Positions 17,006 to 26,128 of a stretch of DNA of 37,659 nt are shown piece after piece (positions within the stretch are counted from its first letter, which is position 1; every line of letters begins with the position of its first letter). Origin of the DNA: a virus. The notes under the pieces are model-generated. The model searched no databases. It saw nothing but the letters and a program-made list of their open reading frames with translations, and had not been told where the DNA came from. The stretch is taken from the IMG/VR virus record IMGVR_UViG_3300012668_000271. One strand, given 5' to 3'. Position numbers and translations under genes: made by a program.

Positions 17006-17656
17006 TTATAACCTTAGTGATTTTTTAAGTTCTTGCATTTTTTGATACGCATTTTTTTGACCTGTTTCGCTAAAATCGCTGACGGTTGAATAGGGTGCAG
17101 TGCCGATGCCGGAAGGTTGGTAATATGGGCTTTTTCTATTTAAATCTATTTTTTCTTGAATTGAAGCAATTTTTTGTTCAGGTCTATGAAGACCTAAAGC
17201 TTTAATATTTTGATAAACCAGCTTTTGTCTTTCGAAAGATTCTGGCATAGCTAAAATTGATTCGGCAAGATGCCTATCTTTTTGATATAATTTATCAGCA
17301 TTTTGCATAACATCAGAAAAATCAGAATTATTTTCTAACCACATCTCTTGTTTAATTTCTTCTTTAGCTTTATTTTTTGCTATTTCCATTGCTTTTTGAA
17401 TTTCTGACTGAGTAGATTGACCATACTTAGCGAGTTTCTTTTCTAATTTTTTATGATCAACATAAGGTTCTGAGTTATCATCATCGTCTTGAACTTCTTG
17501 TTTTCTAAAATTCACTTCTTGAACAATTCTTTCAGCTTCTAGAACACGTGCATTAGCTTGATCAAGTTGTTTTTGATACCTTTGTTCCAATGCTCTGAAA
17601 TTAAGTTCTTTGTCTGAAGTTTTCTGCTCTTGACTAACTTGTGCCTGATCTGTCAT
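17006..17656 (-). CDS. scaffolding-like protein (216 aa)
   Basis: Acidic, coiled-coil-type sequence located between the portal and capsid genes. Positional inference. Confidence 0.5.
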   Translation of the reverse strand: MTDQAQVSQEQKTSDKELNFRALEQRYQKQLDQANARVLEAERIVQEVNFRKQEVQDDDDNSEPYVDHKKLEKKLAKYGQSTQSEIQKAMEIAKNKAKEEIKQEMWLENNSDFSDVMQNADKLYQKDRHLAESILAMPESFERQKLVYQNIKALGLHRPEQKIASIQEKIDLNRKSPYYQPSGIGTAPYSTVSDFSETGQKNAYQKMQELKKSLRL

Positions 17657-17729
17657 ATCTATATATTCTCTTGGCGATGGGTTGCTGTACTCTTTATATT
17701 AAACATAAATTTTTAATTATGAGCAATAC

Positions 17730-18266
17730 ATGAAATTAGATAGACTTGACACACATGATAGGTTGTTACATTTTAAGAAAGATCAATCAGATATAATTGC
17801 TCAAGGATGTAATGATTGTTTAAAGAAAAATCCTTTATCATTAGCTTTACAAGAAAGATCACCTTATATTTATATATTTGCTCATCCTAGAACTGCTGAT
17901 GATGGCGTTAATAAACGTATGTTATGGCAACCGAGACTTGGAAAACCTGCAGCTCAAACCAACTCTTATTTATTTAGAGCACAATCTTATTCTGACAATC
18001 TAGAAATTTGCTGGATGATACCTCCTTTTGAAATGTGGAAACAATATGAAAAAGGAAATGTCACAGAAAGCGATCATATTACTTGGAGTATTCATCAATA
18101 TAAAAACAATAGATTAGCATTAGAGTCCCCATATTTTGAAGATTTCAATAATGAGAAAATAGCAGAAGTATTAAAAGATATTGCAAGAGAAATCGACCAA
18201 CAAAAGATGATGGATAAATTATATATAAAACCTAAGGAATTAATTTTACCTATGCAAGAGATTTAG
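17730..18266 (+). CDS. hypothetical protein (178 aa) on the opposite strand within the late operon
   Basis: Clean ORF with no motif I recognise. A possible TTGCTG-17-ATAAAT promoter lies at 17682-17710. Confidence 0.6.
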   Translation: MKLDRLDTHDRLLHFKKDQSDIIAQGCNDCLKKNPLSLALQERSPYIYIFAHPRTADDGVNKRMLWQPRLGKPAAQTNSYLFRAQSYSDNLEICWMIPPFEMWKQYEKGNVTESDHITWSIHQYKNNRLALESPYFEDFNNEKIAEVLKDIAREIDQQKMMDKLYIKPKELILPMQEI

Positions 18267-18417
18267 GCGGCTTACCAATTTTTTTTGATGTCATGGAATT
18301 AATTCCGACATAGCCTCTTTGCATAGATCCAACTTTCTGCTTTATGCCAGAACCGTAAAAATCACCCATACCCATTTTTGAATTAGGTGTATTTTTAATT
18401 GGTTTTTTATTATCCAT
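18250..18417 (-). CDS. small Gly/Lys-rich protein (55 aa), candidate
   Basis: ATG overlaps the upstream stop (TAATG at 18415-18419), with GAGGG upstream. Product is MDNKKPIKNTPNSKMGMGDFYGSGIKQKVGSMQRGYVGINSMTSKKIGKPPKSLA. Below the ORF-track cutoff. Confidence 0.4.
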   Translation of the reverse strand: MDNKKPIKNTPNSKMGMGDFYGSGIKQKVGSMQRGYVGINSMTSKKIGKPPKSLA

Positions 18418-18713
18418 TATCCCTCTTGATCAATTCTCATTGTATTAACTCTTCCATAAGGTAACACATCAACTTTTTCTTTAGGATTACCATGATGGCC
18501 TACAGGTTGATTGATACCAACTCCATAATGTGTTCCAGCATTAACAAAATTACTGGATCTTTGATCATATTGAGGACAGCGAAAGTCCCACGGGGATTTC
18601 TTACCATCCTCTGGTTTACATTCTTCTTTCTGATATTTAATTTTATCGGGATTAGAAAAATGTGCTTTTTCACTGATTTCTTTTTTAAATTCAGTTTTTC
18701 TTAGTTTAGTCAT
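18417..18713 (-). CDS. hypothetical head-module protein (98 aa)
   Basis: ORF in the late operon between the portal and scaffold genes. Confidence 0.55.
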   Translation of the reverse strand: MTKLRKTEFKKEISEKAHFSNPDKIKYQKEECKPEDGKKSPWDFRCPQYDQRSSNFVNAGTHYGVGINQPVGHHGNPKEKVDVLPYGRVNTMRIDQEG

Positions 18714-18724
18714 ATTTACCTCTT

Positions 18725-18773
18725 AAAATGGAGAGGAAGCCTGCGCACGCTTTTAGTAGGCTATCTCTCTCCA
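18725..18773 (-). terminator. GC-rich imperfect hairpin followed by TTTT (minus strand)
   Basis: Minus strand reads UGGAGAG..AGCC - loop - GGCU..CUCUCCA and then UUUUAAG. It sits between the 86-aa and 98-aa genes. Confidence 0.4.
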
Positions 18774-18777
18774 AAAA

Positions 18778-19038
18778 TTAATTTCTATATTCAGGAAGTT
18801 TACCTTGATGGCCTTTAATTTTGGCAGCTTTTCCATCTTGAACTTTTTTAATTACTTCTGTTTTATCAAGATATTTATCTACATCACCAGCATTTCTTGC
18901 AGATGACTCAGATTTGGTATGTACTCCCATAGGAAGAACCATGTCTTTGCCAGCTTTTCCAGCCCAAAATGAATGATCATCAATCCTTCTTCCATCACTC
19001 TTAAAAGATCCTTTACTAGAATCATCGTGTTGTTTCAT
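18778..19038 (-). CDS. hypothetical head-module protein (86 aa)
   Basis: GGAG RBS 5 nt before the ATG. Basic and Lys-rich. Confidence 0.55.
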   Translation of the reverse strand: MKQHDDSSKGSFKSDGRRIDDHSFWAGKAGKDMVLPMGVHTKSESSARNAGDVDKYLDKTEVIKKVQDGKAAKIKGHQGKLPEYRN

Positions 19039-19190
19039 AACTACTCCATTTAAGCCATGAGGGCTTTTTTTGTTTTTCTTACATGCTATTTATAAGCATT
19101 TTTTGACTTTGTTTAATCTCTATTAAGCATCTTGAATTCGTATAATTCAAGAAATTCCTTACAGTAGTGTAATTTATTTTCGTTATAGAT

Positions 19191-21308
19191 TTATTGTTGT
19201 CCATTAGCTTGTTGTTGCATAGGCTGCATTGCTTGTCCTAGTATTTCTTGCAAAAACTTGTTAGATTCTGTCCTGCTTTCAACATCACGTTTTTCAAATT
19301 CTTCTTCCTGCATCATTTTTTGATTTTGAATATCTAATTGCAATTGACGATGATCTGTTTCTATTTCTCCAAATCTCTGAATATTTTCAAGTAATGATGT
19401 AAGAGCTGATTGTTTTTCTTTCAATGACATAGCTCTATTTCTTTCGATCATTGATAATCTTTCTTCATACAAGCCTAGATTAGATTCAGATCTTGAATGA
19501 TCTTCTCTTGCTCTAGCAATATTACTCATAGCTTTAGTCATCAGTTCTTGTAACTTAGCATTTTCAAAGGCATGTTGAATATTTTGACCTTCTGCTTGAA
19601 CGGCTTGTTGTTGCTGTTCTTGCTGCTGGAGGAACTTAATAGCTTCACCCTTACCTGTGATATTTAACTTAGGAATAATCATTGAAGGAGGGAATACTTC
19701 ACGACCAAATCTTTCATTAATTTCAAACATCTGTTGGGCTTGCAAATTCTGCTGAGTCGGAGTTAAATCAGATTCTTCAACAATCGTTTGAAATTTACAA
19801 AATACTTTACTATAAAAATAAGGCGTTGGCTCTTCACCAATGAGTAGTTTAACTTTCTCAGCATTCCAATTATTTAAAGCAATTTGAATAAGTCGTTCTC
19901 CGAGCAATTTATCAGATAAATCCCATTGATCAAAATACTTTTGGAAAACCATTAAGTTAGCAGCTTGTTTAATTAAAGCAGTAAGAGCAGATGTTTGTTT
20001 ATCATTCTGACCTGACCAATTCTCTAAATTAATCCCTGATGTTTGATAGATTAAATCAGCCATTTGTTGAGCTAAAGCAAGGTCACTTTCCGGAACAGCA
20101 GAAGGAATAATCTTCTGAATATCTGTCATCTCATAACCTTCATTAATGATGATATCCCAGCCTTGGCCTGATTTCTTTAGATTATCTTCATTAGCAACTG
20201 CACCACTCTTACGCATCCAACCTGCATTAACTGTAGCTGCTGCGATGTCATTATTTGTTATAATTTTGTAATTATATAAAAACTGAGGATCGCGCATAGT
20301 CCTAACGAGAGAGCGCACGCGTAAATCATGGTGATTAATGTGGGGTTCATAATTCCAAAAGTATGGAACAAAAGGGCATCCATCAAATCCAAGTGGGTTT
20401 TCTCCTTGAAACATAAGTTGATCATTTAAAACGACAGCTAATTTCCAACAAGGAACTTCAACAGTGATTTCTTCCATATCTGGAATATTATAAAGAATAG
20501 CTTCAAGATTTTCATCTCCACCAGAGAAATCAAAGAATTGATTTCTAGATCTACTATAAAGTCTTTTCTTTTTCCTTTTCCATTTATACCATACATATGA
20601 CAAGACCATTAAATCATTTTTGGCCATGTTATGATTTTCAGGAAGGAAATAGAAGTTACCATATCTTTGCGGTGAACCTGACATGGGTTTAATGTCTTTA
20701 AACTTATCAGGGAATCTATTTTCAGCTTCTTGTTTACTTATGTACTCTTGGCACCAAACAAATTGAGCATCTGACATATCAGGATTACGAAAATAAGGAT
20801 CAACAATGAAAGAATTATATTCCCATATTTTAACTTTAAGATCACCTTGAGCTTGATCATCTGAAGTATAATCTAAATAAGGCTGCATTAGAACCATTCC
20901 AGAGATAGCAGCTAATTCTTTTGCTTTAGACTTTTGTTCATGTATACAACCAGCATTGGCCACATTCGTAATTAATCTTGAATATTGATCAGTGGTATTA
21001 GTATCAGCACCTTCACAAGGCACATAATTAAAATTCTTTCTATGTTGTCTTTCATAACCTGTAATCATATTGACTGGTTGCTGAATCAAATTAAAATGAT
21101 ACTGTTGATATGAACTTTTTTGAGAGAAATTAAATTGACGATTTACATATTCTTGTGAGCCAGCATAGAAAAGAGTGTCAATATTACTTTGATTCCAACG
21201 TGCCGTTTCTAATGGCTGAAATTTAGCATATAAATTATCTAACCAATGTCTAATATTACCCTGATTTGGCTCTAAATTATTATTCCATGGTGCACTATAG
21301 AAAGAAAT
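19191..21308 (-). CDS. portal protein (705 aa if initiated at ATT 21308)
   Basis: Size and position after the large terminase gene. The N-terminal ...NIDTLFYAGSQ... region and the Gln-rich coiled C-terminus are typical of portal proteins. The ORF is open from 21317. The only start-like codon behind AGGAGG (21314-21319) is ATT at 21308-21306. Confidence 0.7.
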   Translation of the reverse strand: MSFYSAPWNNNLEPNQGNIRHWLDNLYAKFQPLETARWNQSNIDTLFYAGSQEYVNRQFNFSQKSSYQQYHFNLIQQPVNMITGYERQHRKNFNYVPCEGADTNTTDQYSRLITNVANAGCIHEQKSKAKELAAISGMVLMQPYLDYTSDDQAQGDLKVKIWEYNSFIVDPYFRNPDMSDAQFVWCQEYISKQEAENRFPDKFKDIKPMSGSPQRYGNFYFLPENHNMAKNDLMVLSYVWYKWKRKKKRLYSRSRNQFFDFSGGDENLEAILYNIPDMEEITVEVPCWKLAVVLNDQLMFQGENPLGFDGCPFVPYFWNYEPHINHHDLRVRSLVRTMRDPQFLYNYKIITNNDIAAATVNAGWMRKSGAVANEDNLKKSGQGWDIIINEGYEMTDIQKIIPSAVPESDLALAQQMADLIYQTSGINLENWSGQNDKQTSALTALIKQAANLMVFQKYFDQWDLSDKLLGERLIQIALNNWNAEKVKLLIGEEPTPYFYSKVFCKFQTIVEESDLTPTQQNLQAQQMFEINERFGREVFPPSMIIPKLNITGKGEAIKFLQQQEQQQQAVQAEGQNIQHAFENAKLQELMTKAMSNIARAREDHSRSESNLGLYEERLSMIERNRAMSLKEKQSALTSLLENIQRFGEIETDHRQLQLDIQNQKMMQEEEFEKRDVESRTESNKFLQEILGQAMQPMQQQANGQQ

Positions 21309-21362
21309 AAGAGCCTCCTAAAACCTGGTAGCGGTTATAGGATAATGTACTATAAATTATTT

Positions 21363-21391
21363 ATTATAGCAAGTTAGGAAGCTATTTCCAA
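21363..21391 (-). promoter_or_regulatory. sigma70-like promoter TTGGAA-17-TATAAT upstream of the portal gene
   Basis: On the minus strand, TTGGAA at 21391-21386, a 17-nt spacer, TATAAT at 21368-21363. Confidence 0.55.
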
Positions 21392-21424
21392 AACTGCCAC
21401 CACTTCTTAGAATTAATTTCAGGT

Positions 21425-22018
21425 TTAACTTTTAAAAATTGCTCTTAAACGTATTCCGCAATCCTTTGAACAGTATTTATTTTTTGCATATTTATTGCTC
21501 ATGAATTTAATTCCACAACGACCGCATACTTTCTCTACATCATCAATTCCTGAGTTTCTACGCCATTTGCTTTTACATGCATTAGAGCAGAATTCTTGAT
21601 GATACATCTTGGTTTCTGCTACTTTTTGACAAACTTTGCAAATTATTTTTATAGGTTCTTTATTAATCCAAGTTAAAATCCCGTGAGCTTTATGCCAAGC
21701 TAAACCTTCTTCACTTGCGTGCCATGCTTTAGTTAATGGGCGAATTTTTTCGCAAAGTAATCTAGATCTTTCTCTGTTTTCTTCCGTGTAATGATGACTT
21801 ATATGTCTAGAAGCTTCTATCAGTTCAATGTTTTCAATCCTATTATCAGATTTATTTTCATTCTTATGATGGATATGATAACCAATTGGTATTTTCCCGT
21901 GTAAACTAATCCACACCCATCTATGTGCTCTAATACGAGGATAATCAGTTGATATCCAATAACCTGTTTTTTTGTCTTGGTAAAACAGTCGACCGAAATG
22001 TTCTTGATGTGTTATCAT
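21425..22018 (-). CDS. HNH endonuclease with C-terminal zinc-ribbon repeats
   Basis: HIHHKNENKSDNRIENIELIEASRHISHH (H-N-H signature), then CKVCQK...FCSNACKSKW and CGRCG...YCSKDCG. Confidence 0.85.
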   Translation of the reverse strand: MITHQEHFGRLFYQDKKTGYWISTDYPRIRAHRWVWISLHGKIPIGYHIHHKNENKSDNRIENIELIEASRHISHHYTEENRERSRLLCEKIRPLTKAWHASEEGLAWHKAHGILTWINKEPIKIICKVCQKVAETKMYHQEFCSNACKSKWRRNSGIDDVEKVCGRCGIKFMSNKYAKNKYCSKDCGIRLRAIFKS

Positions 22019-22050
22019 GTATCATATGGTATCACCACTTGAATTTTATC

Positions 22051-23334
22051 TCAAAAGGAACTTTTGAAGCGATTATTTCTATAATCATCAGGATTATGCT
22101 TGTAAGGATCGTATGAGGATGGCTTGTGAGTGAAGATTGCGTAGCGGAGGGAATCGCAACAATGGTCTTCGGTCTTCATAGGCTCATCATAACCTTTCTT
22201 AGCTGCCTTAGAATCCCATACATAAGATTCAATTTCACGTATGGTATTGACGCATTCGCTACATATCAATAGCTTGCCATTTCTAAGAAAAGTAGAAAGA
22301 TGCTGTATACCGTTAAGAACATCATTATTAGCGTGAGTCGCATGCATACCTTTCTTTCTTAACTCTAGTTGAAATGATTCTGCAGATGGATCTAGATATA
22401 TATTCTTAACTGAATAGGGTTCTAAGAACGCTTGCACATCATCTGCAAACTCAGAATTAACTTTCTGTCTACCTTTCTTCTTAGGATCCCAGTAATACTC
22501 TTTCTCTACCCACATTTGCACACCTTGCTGGGTGTACTTACCAGTGGATACGCCAATAAGCAGGCAGCAAAATGGGTTAGCTGTGCCGTAATCAATGCCA
22601 GCAATCCAATATTCAGCGGCACGCGGTGGTCTATCTACTACATGGATCTTTCTGTCGAAGAAATCGAATATGGCACCTTCAGCCATAACCCATAAACCAA
22701 GCACATTACGCTTATAGAACAGACCTGTAGCGCTATTTTTAATGCGATCTTTATAATGCTTCGGAAGGAATGTGTTATCATCTAATTCAAAATGTAAAGC
22801 ATAGTAATTCGGATCACCTTCTGCAGCTTTATCTATCCATTGCTTGCACTTATGGTTAGGATGAGATGGGTTCATAGCAGCGAAACCTTTGCTATGATTC
22901 TTTCTTAAGCGTGTGTCGATCATGTCTATAACGCTATCGGGGTATAACGTCATCTCATCGCATAGCATTAATGAAGCTGTCAATCCCTGAAAGTTACCAA
23001 TACTTCCCTCATCTTTTGCACCAAGAATGGTAATGGTTTTATCTTTGAAATAAAGCTTCTTTCCCGACCATGTGCAAAAAGGCTTATATAATGCTAATAC
23101 TGAATCATCAGGAGCCTCGACTATCAACCGTACCACATTACGATAAGCTGTGTCGAACGTATGACCTACAATGAATATATCTGAATCTGGACATTCATCA
23201 ACAGCGTGCATGAAACCAAATGTCGTACAAACAGTTTTTCCAGTGGATACAGCACCATGCGCTAGATTCCAATGACGGAAACAATTCGTTAAAAATTCTA
23301 GTTGCTTTGATGCGAAAGGATTTTGCATAATCAC
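22051..23334 (-). CDS. terL: terminase large subunit
   Basis: Walker A-like GAVSTGKT, a downstream LMLCDEM motif, and a C-terminal nuclease-type region with WIAGIDYG and EDHCCDSLRYA. Confidence 0.85.
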   Translation of the reverse strand: MIMQNPFASKQLEFLTNCFRHWNLAHGAVSTGKTVCTTFGFMHAVDECPDSDIFIVGHTFDTAYRNVVRLIVEAPDDSVLALYKPFCTWSGKKLYFKDKTITILGAKDEGSIGNFQGLTASLMLCDEMTLYPDSVIDMIDTRLRKNHSKGFAAMNPSHPNHKCKQWIDKAAEGDPNYYALHFELDDNTFLPKHYKDRIKNSATGLFYKRNVLGLWVMAEGAIFDFFDRKIHVVDRPPRAAEYWIAGIDYGTANPFCCLLIGVSTGKYTQQGVQMWVEKEYYWDPKKKGRQKVNSEFADDVQAFLEPYSVKNIYLDPSAESFQLELRKKGMHATHANNDVLNGIQHLSTFLRNGKLLICSECVNTIREIESYVWDSKAAKKGYDEPMKTEDHCCDSLRYAIFTHKPSSYDPYKHNPDDYRNNRFKSSF

Positions 23335-23363
23335 AATATAATGAAATTAATTTTAAGGATGCA

Positions 23364-23771
23364 ATGAAAAACAGAGCCAAATGTAAATTATGCCAAGATA
23401 TCATAGAAAGCTTTCTTCATAATGATTACGTCACCTGTAAATGTGGTGAAATATCTATTGATGGAGGCTCTAATTTACTTAAATGCGCTGCCAAAAGTTG
23501 GGATAATTTCTTGCGGATAGATGATCTTGGAAATATCATCGTTCCTAAAATAACTCAAGAATCGGGATCGGAAATTACCGCTTCTCCTGAAAATAAAAAA
23601 GATAAAGAAGTATTGTCTAAAAAGAAAATAATGCATTCGATCGAAAACATCATCAGCACAATTGAACAATTACCTTCTCATGTAATGTCAACACCAATTA
23701 CACATTATGATTACATCTCATTGCTACTGATCATTTCTTCTTTATTAAAGGTAGATTCTGAAGAAGATTGA
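23364..23771 (+). CDS. small zinc-ribbon protein (135 aa) on the opposite strand between terS and terL
   Basis: AAGGA RBS. CKLCQDIIES...CKCGEISIDGG is a CxxC...CxC pattern seen in small phage proteins. Its 3' end overlaps terS by 61 nt. Confidence 0.6.
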   Translation: MKNRAKCKLCQDIIESFLHNDYVTCKCGEISIDGGSNLLKCAAKSWDNFLRIDDLGNIIVPKITQESGSEITASPENKKDKEVLSKKKIMHSIENIISTIEQLPSHVMSTPITHYDYISLLLIISSLLKVDSEED

Positions 23772-24205
23772 TTTGAAGAATTAATTTTATCTGATTGAAG
23801 CGCAGAAAGCTGTTGCATAATGGCGCTGAATTCCATTTTTCTTTCTTCATCTGCATTCTGGTCGGGGGTTTCTTTTTGATTAAGTCTATTCTTACCTAAC
23901 CATATTAATAGAGTATTATCTCCATCAGTTGATTTACCAATTGCTTTCAAATATTGCTGATGTCTTAAGTAAGCATCACCTTTTGATCTCTTTTGTTGAC
24001 AATATCCCGTAAATCCAACTCCATGATGTTTTTGAAATCTAACATAAAATGTTTCTTGATGCATATCGAAAAGACCGGCAAGTTCGGTTCCAGAAGAACC
24101 ACTGATTAGGAATGTGTCAACAATATCCCAATCTATATGTTTAATAGGCCTTGTAATACGTTTTTTTTCTTGTGCATCGATAACGCATTTTTTTAAACCA
24201 CCCAA
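23711..24205 (-). CDS. terS: terminase small subunit (HTH type)
   Basis: TTG start. SGSSGTELAGLFDMHQETFYVRFQK is HTH-like and ...LLIWLGKNRLNQKE is typical of small terminases. Located upstream of terL. Confidence 0.6.
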   Translation of the reverse strand: MGGLKKCVIDAQEKKRITRPIKHIDWDIVDTFLISGSSGTELAGLFDMHQETFYVRFQKHHGVGFTGYCQQKRSKGDAYLRHQQYLKAIGKSTDGDNTLLIWLGKNRLNQKETPDQNADEERKMEFSAIMQQLSALQSDKINSSNQSSSESTFNKEEMISSNEM

Positions 24206-24249
24206 AACATACCTACCTATACTTGGTTATACTCGGAATTGAGTATAAG

Positions 24250-24381
24250 TTATTTCTTGAGTTGAGCTTTTTTACCTAACTTGACAAGTCCATCTCTTTT
24301 TTTATCTAACTTTTCAATATGTTCAATTTGTTTTTCTGATTTTTTAAGATCTTTTGAAACTTTATGCAATTCTTTATCCAT
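24250..24381 (-). CDS. 43-aa Lys-rich coiled peptide, candidate
   Basis: AGGTG sits 8 nt before the ATG. Product is MDKELHKVSKDLKKSEKQIEHIEKLDKKRDGLVKLGKKAQLKK. Below the ORF-track cutoff. Confidence 0.35.
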   Translation of the reverse strand: MDKELHKVSKDLKKSEKQIEHIEKLDKKRDGLVKLGKKAQLKK

Positions 24382-24390
24382 AAAACACAC

Positions 24391-24951
24391 CTATTTTTTC
24401 TTTAATTTAGCTCTAGGAAACTTTAATAGCAAGTCATCAAGTTGATTTTTAAAAGAAGTTGAATCTTCTTCAGGTATTGATATATTAAATTTTACACCTA
24501 AAGATCCTGTATCATCTGAACTTAATTCTTCAGTGTCTTTTGATTCATCATCACCAAGAGTCAAGTGCAATTCATGCATTTCGAATCCATATGAAATTAA
24601 TTCTGGAATATCGTAATCGCAAGTTAAAATATCGAAGTCGAAGGTTCCATAATGCACATTATCTTTAATAATACGTTCTTTCATAATCGTTTCAGATAAG
24701 CCACATTCAACAATACATGGGATTGTCTTTCGTTTAAGTGCTTTTGCTGCTCTTACTCTCTGATTACCTGCATATACTTGAAGTGGTGATCCAATCGCAT
24801 CCTGGTTAACAAGAATAGGCCTGCACCATAAAAATTTAGGATCATCTTGAATAGAAGCTTTAAGCTTATCCATTTGATCTTTTGAGATCTTTCGAGGATT
24901 GCGTTCGAGTAAAATTAAGTCTTTAATGGGAATTTCTTGTATTTCGATCAT
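24391..24951 (-). CDS. ParB N-terminal (nuclease-like) domain protein
   Basis: IPIKDLILLERNPRKIS and VYAGNQRVRAAKAL match the ParB/Srx-fold motifs. Confidence 0.75.
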   Translation of the reverse strand: MIEIQEIPIKDLILLERNPRKISKDQMDKLKASIQDDPKFLWCRPILVNQDAIGSPLQVYAGNQRVRAAKALKRKTIPCIVECGLSETIMKERIIKDNVHYGTFDFDILTCDYDIPELISYGFEMHELHLTLGDDESKDTEELSSDDTGSLGVKFNISIPEEDSTSFKNQLDDLLLKFPRAKLKKK

Positions 24952-24982
24952 TTTAACTCATGTTTTTTATTTTTAAATAATA

Positions 24983-25013
24983 CCTGAAGAAAGAGATGAT
25001 TAATACTCATCTC
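24983..25013 (-). terminator. intrinsic terminator candidate after the par genes
   Basis: GAGATGA-7 nt-TCATCTC (24993-25013), followed on the minus strand by TTTCTTC. Confidence 0.45.
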
Positions 25014-25056
25014 ACCTAATGATAATTCGAATAAGTAATAATAATTTGACAATGTA

Positions 25057-25305
25057 TTATTCATTTTCTGCCCTTTTCAATTTTTCTTGAATTGCTTCCA
25101 ACATCCATCCTGTTTTTGAAATACCAACTCGATCCTCAAGAACTTGGTCAATTTGAGCTAACATTTCTAACTTAATTCTAAGACAAAAATTCATCCATTC
25201 TTTCTTATTTTTTATTTTCTCATTACCCGAAAGTGCATGCGCTGCGTTATAGATTATAGAATCTTTATCGATCTCTAATCTTTCAGTCTTTCTTTTAACG
25301 GTCAT
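25057..25305 (-). CDS. ribbon-helix-helix ParG-like partner of ParA (82 aa)
   Basis: Small gene immediately downstream of parA. The C-terminal ...LRIKLEMLAQIDQVLEDRVGISKTGWMLEAIQEKL fits an RHH fold. Confidence 0.55.
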   Translation of the reverse strand: MTVKRKTERLEIDKDSIIYNAAHALSGNEKIKNKKEWMNFCLRIKLEMLAQIDQVLEDRVGISKTGWMLEAIQEKLKRAENE

Positions 25306-25373
25306 ATATATCCTGCTTGTTAAATACGTGTGTTATGCATGTAAAACGCATGCTAAATGCATGTAAAAAATAT

Positions 25374-26021
25374 CTATCCTACGTTTGAATCATATATTGA
25401 ATTGTAAAGAAAAAGTAATTCTTGAAGTGCTTTTTTATCTTGGATTTTAAGCTCTGAAATACCTAAACCTTCAGTCGCTGCATTAGCAAATGCTTTACGA
25501 TGTCCAATAGGAATTGTGATGCATTTTAAAGAAGGACAATCGGAAATAATTTCTTGGGAATCTTTATTGTCTGTACCACATGAATCCGCTTGATTGATAA
25601 TTGCATAAGCCAAAAGTTTATCATTGCTGACTTTCATTTCAGACAGAAGTTTTTTTAGGCTGCCGATTGTCCATATATCTAATGATCTAGGCTTAAAAGG
25701 AACTAATAAGACGTCAGCAATCTTAAGGGCCGAGCGCTGACTTATTGTATCTCTTCCGCCAACATCGACAATAATATCATCGTAATCTAGAGACATACGT
25801 TTTAATTGCGGGTAAACAGCATCACCACAAAGTTGTATTGTAGACCATTTTGTTTCAATGCCACTATTCTCTCTTTCGTGTGCCCAATCAGATGCACTTC
25901 TTTGTTCATCAGCATCAACAAGCAAAACTTTCTTTCCGCTAGCAGATCTTAATACTGTTAAGTTCGTTGCTATAGTCGTTTTACCACTTCCACCTTTGAT
26001 TCCACCAACAACCACTATCAT
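25374..26021 (-). CDS. parA: ParA/Soj-family partition ATPase (215 aa)
   Basis: Deviant Walker A GGIKGGSGKTT, plus VLLVDADEQRS. GGAG RBS. Confidence 0.9.
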   Translation of the reverse strand: MIVVVGGIKGGSGKTTIATNLTVLRSASGKKVLLVDADEQRSASDWAHERENSGIETKWSTIQLCGDAVYPQLKRMSLDYDDIIVDVGGRDTISQRSALKIADVLLVPFKPRSLDIWTIGSLKKLLSEMKVSNDKLLAYAIINQADSCGTDNKDSQEIISDCPSLKCITIPIGHRKAFANAATEGLGISELKIQDKKALQELLFLYNSIYDSNVG

Positions 26022-26041
26022 ATATAACTCCTATATAGTTT

Positions 26042-26093
26042 ACAGGTATTTAACACGTGAAACATATATTGTTTATACGTGTTAAATACCTGT
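26042..26093. promoter_or_regulatory. perfect 17-bp inverted repeat upstream of parA (operator or centromere candidate)
   Basis: ACAGGTATTTAACACGT (26042-26058) and ACGTGTTAAATACCTGT (26077-26093). Related ATACGTGTTA copies lie at 26075, 26097 and 25324. Confidence 0.6.
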
Positions 26094-26128
26094 TATATAC
26101 GTGTTATATATTTATTTGCCAGTGTTTT

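Noticed and set aside
21090-21424. A third intron, or a missing upstream exon, to explain the portal ORF lacking an ATG
   Set aside because: The HNH gene abuts terL with only 32 nt between them, so there is no room for an upstream portal exon. The region 21320-21424 instead contains a consensus promoter and an AGGAGG, which fits a non-ATG start.
25858-26085. 75-aa plus-strand ORF across the parA start
   Set aside because: It is antisense to the ParA Walker A coding region and extends into the operator repeats. It is a shadow ORF.
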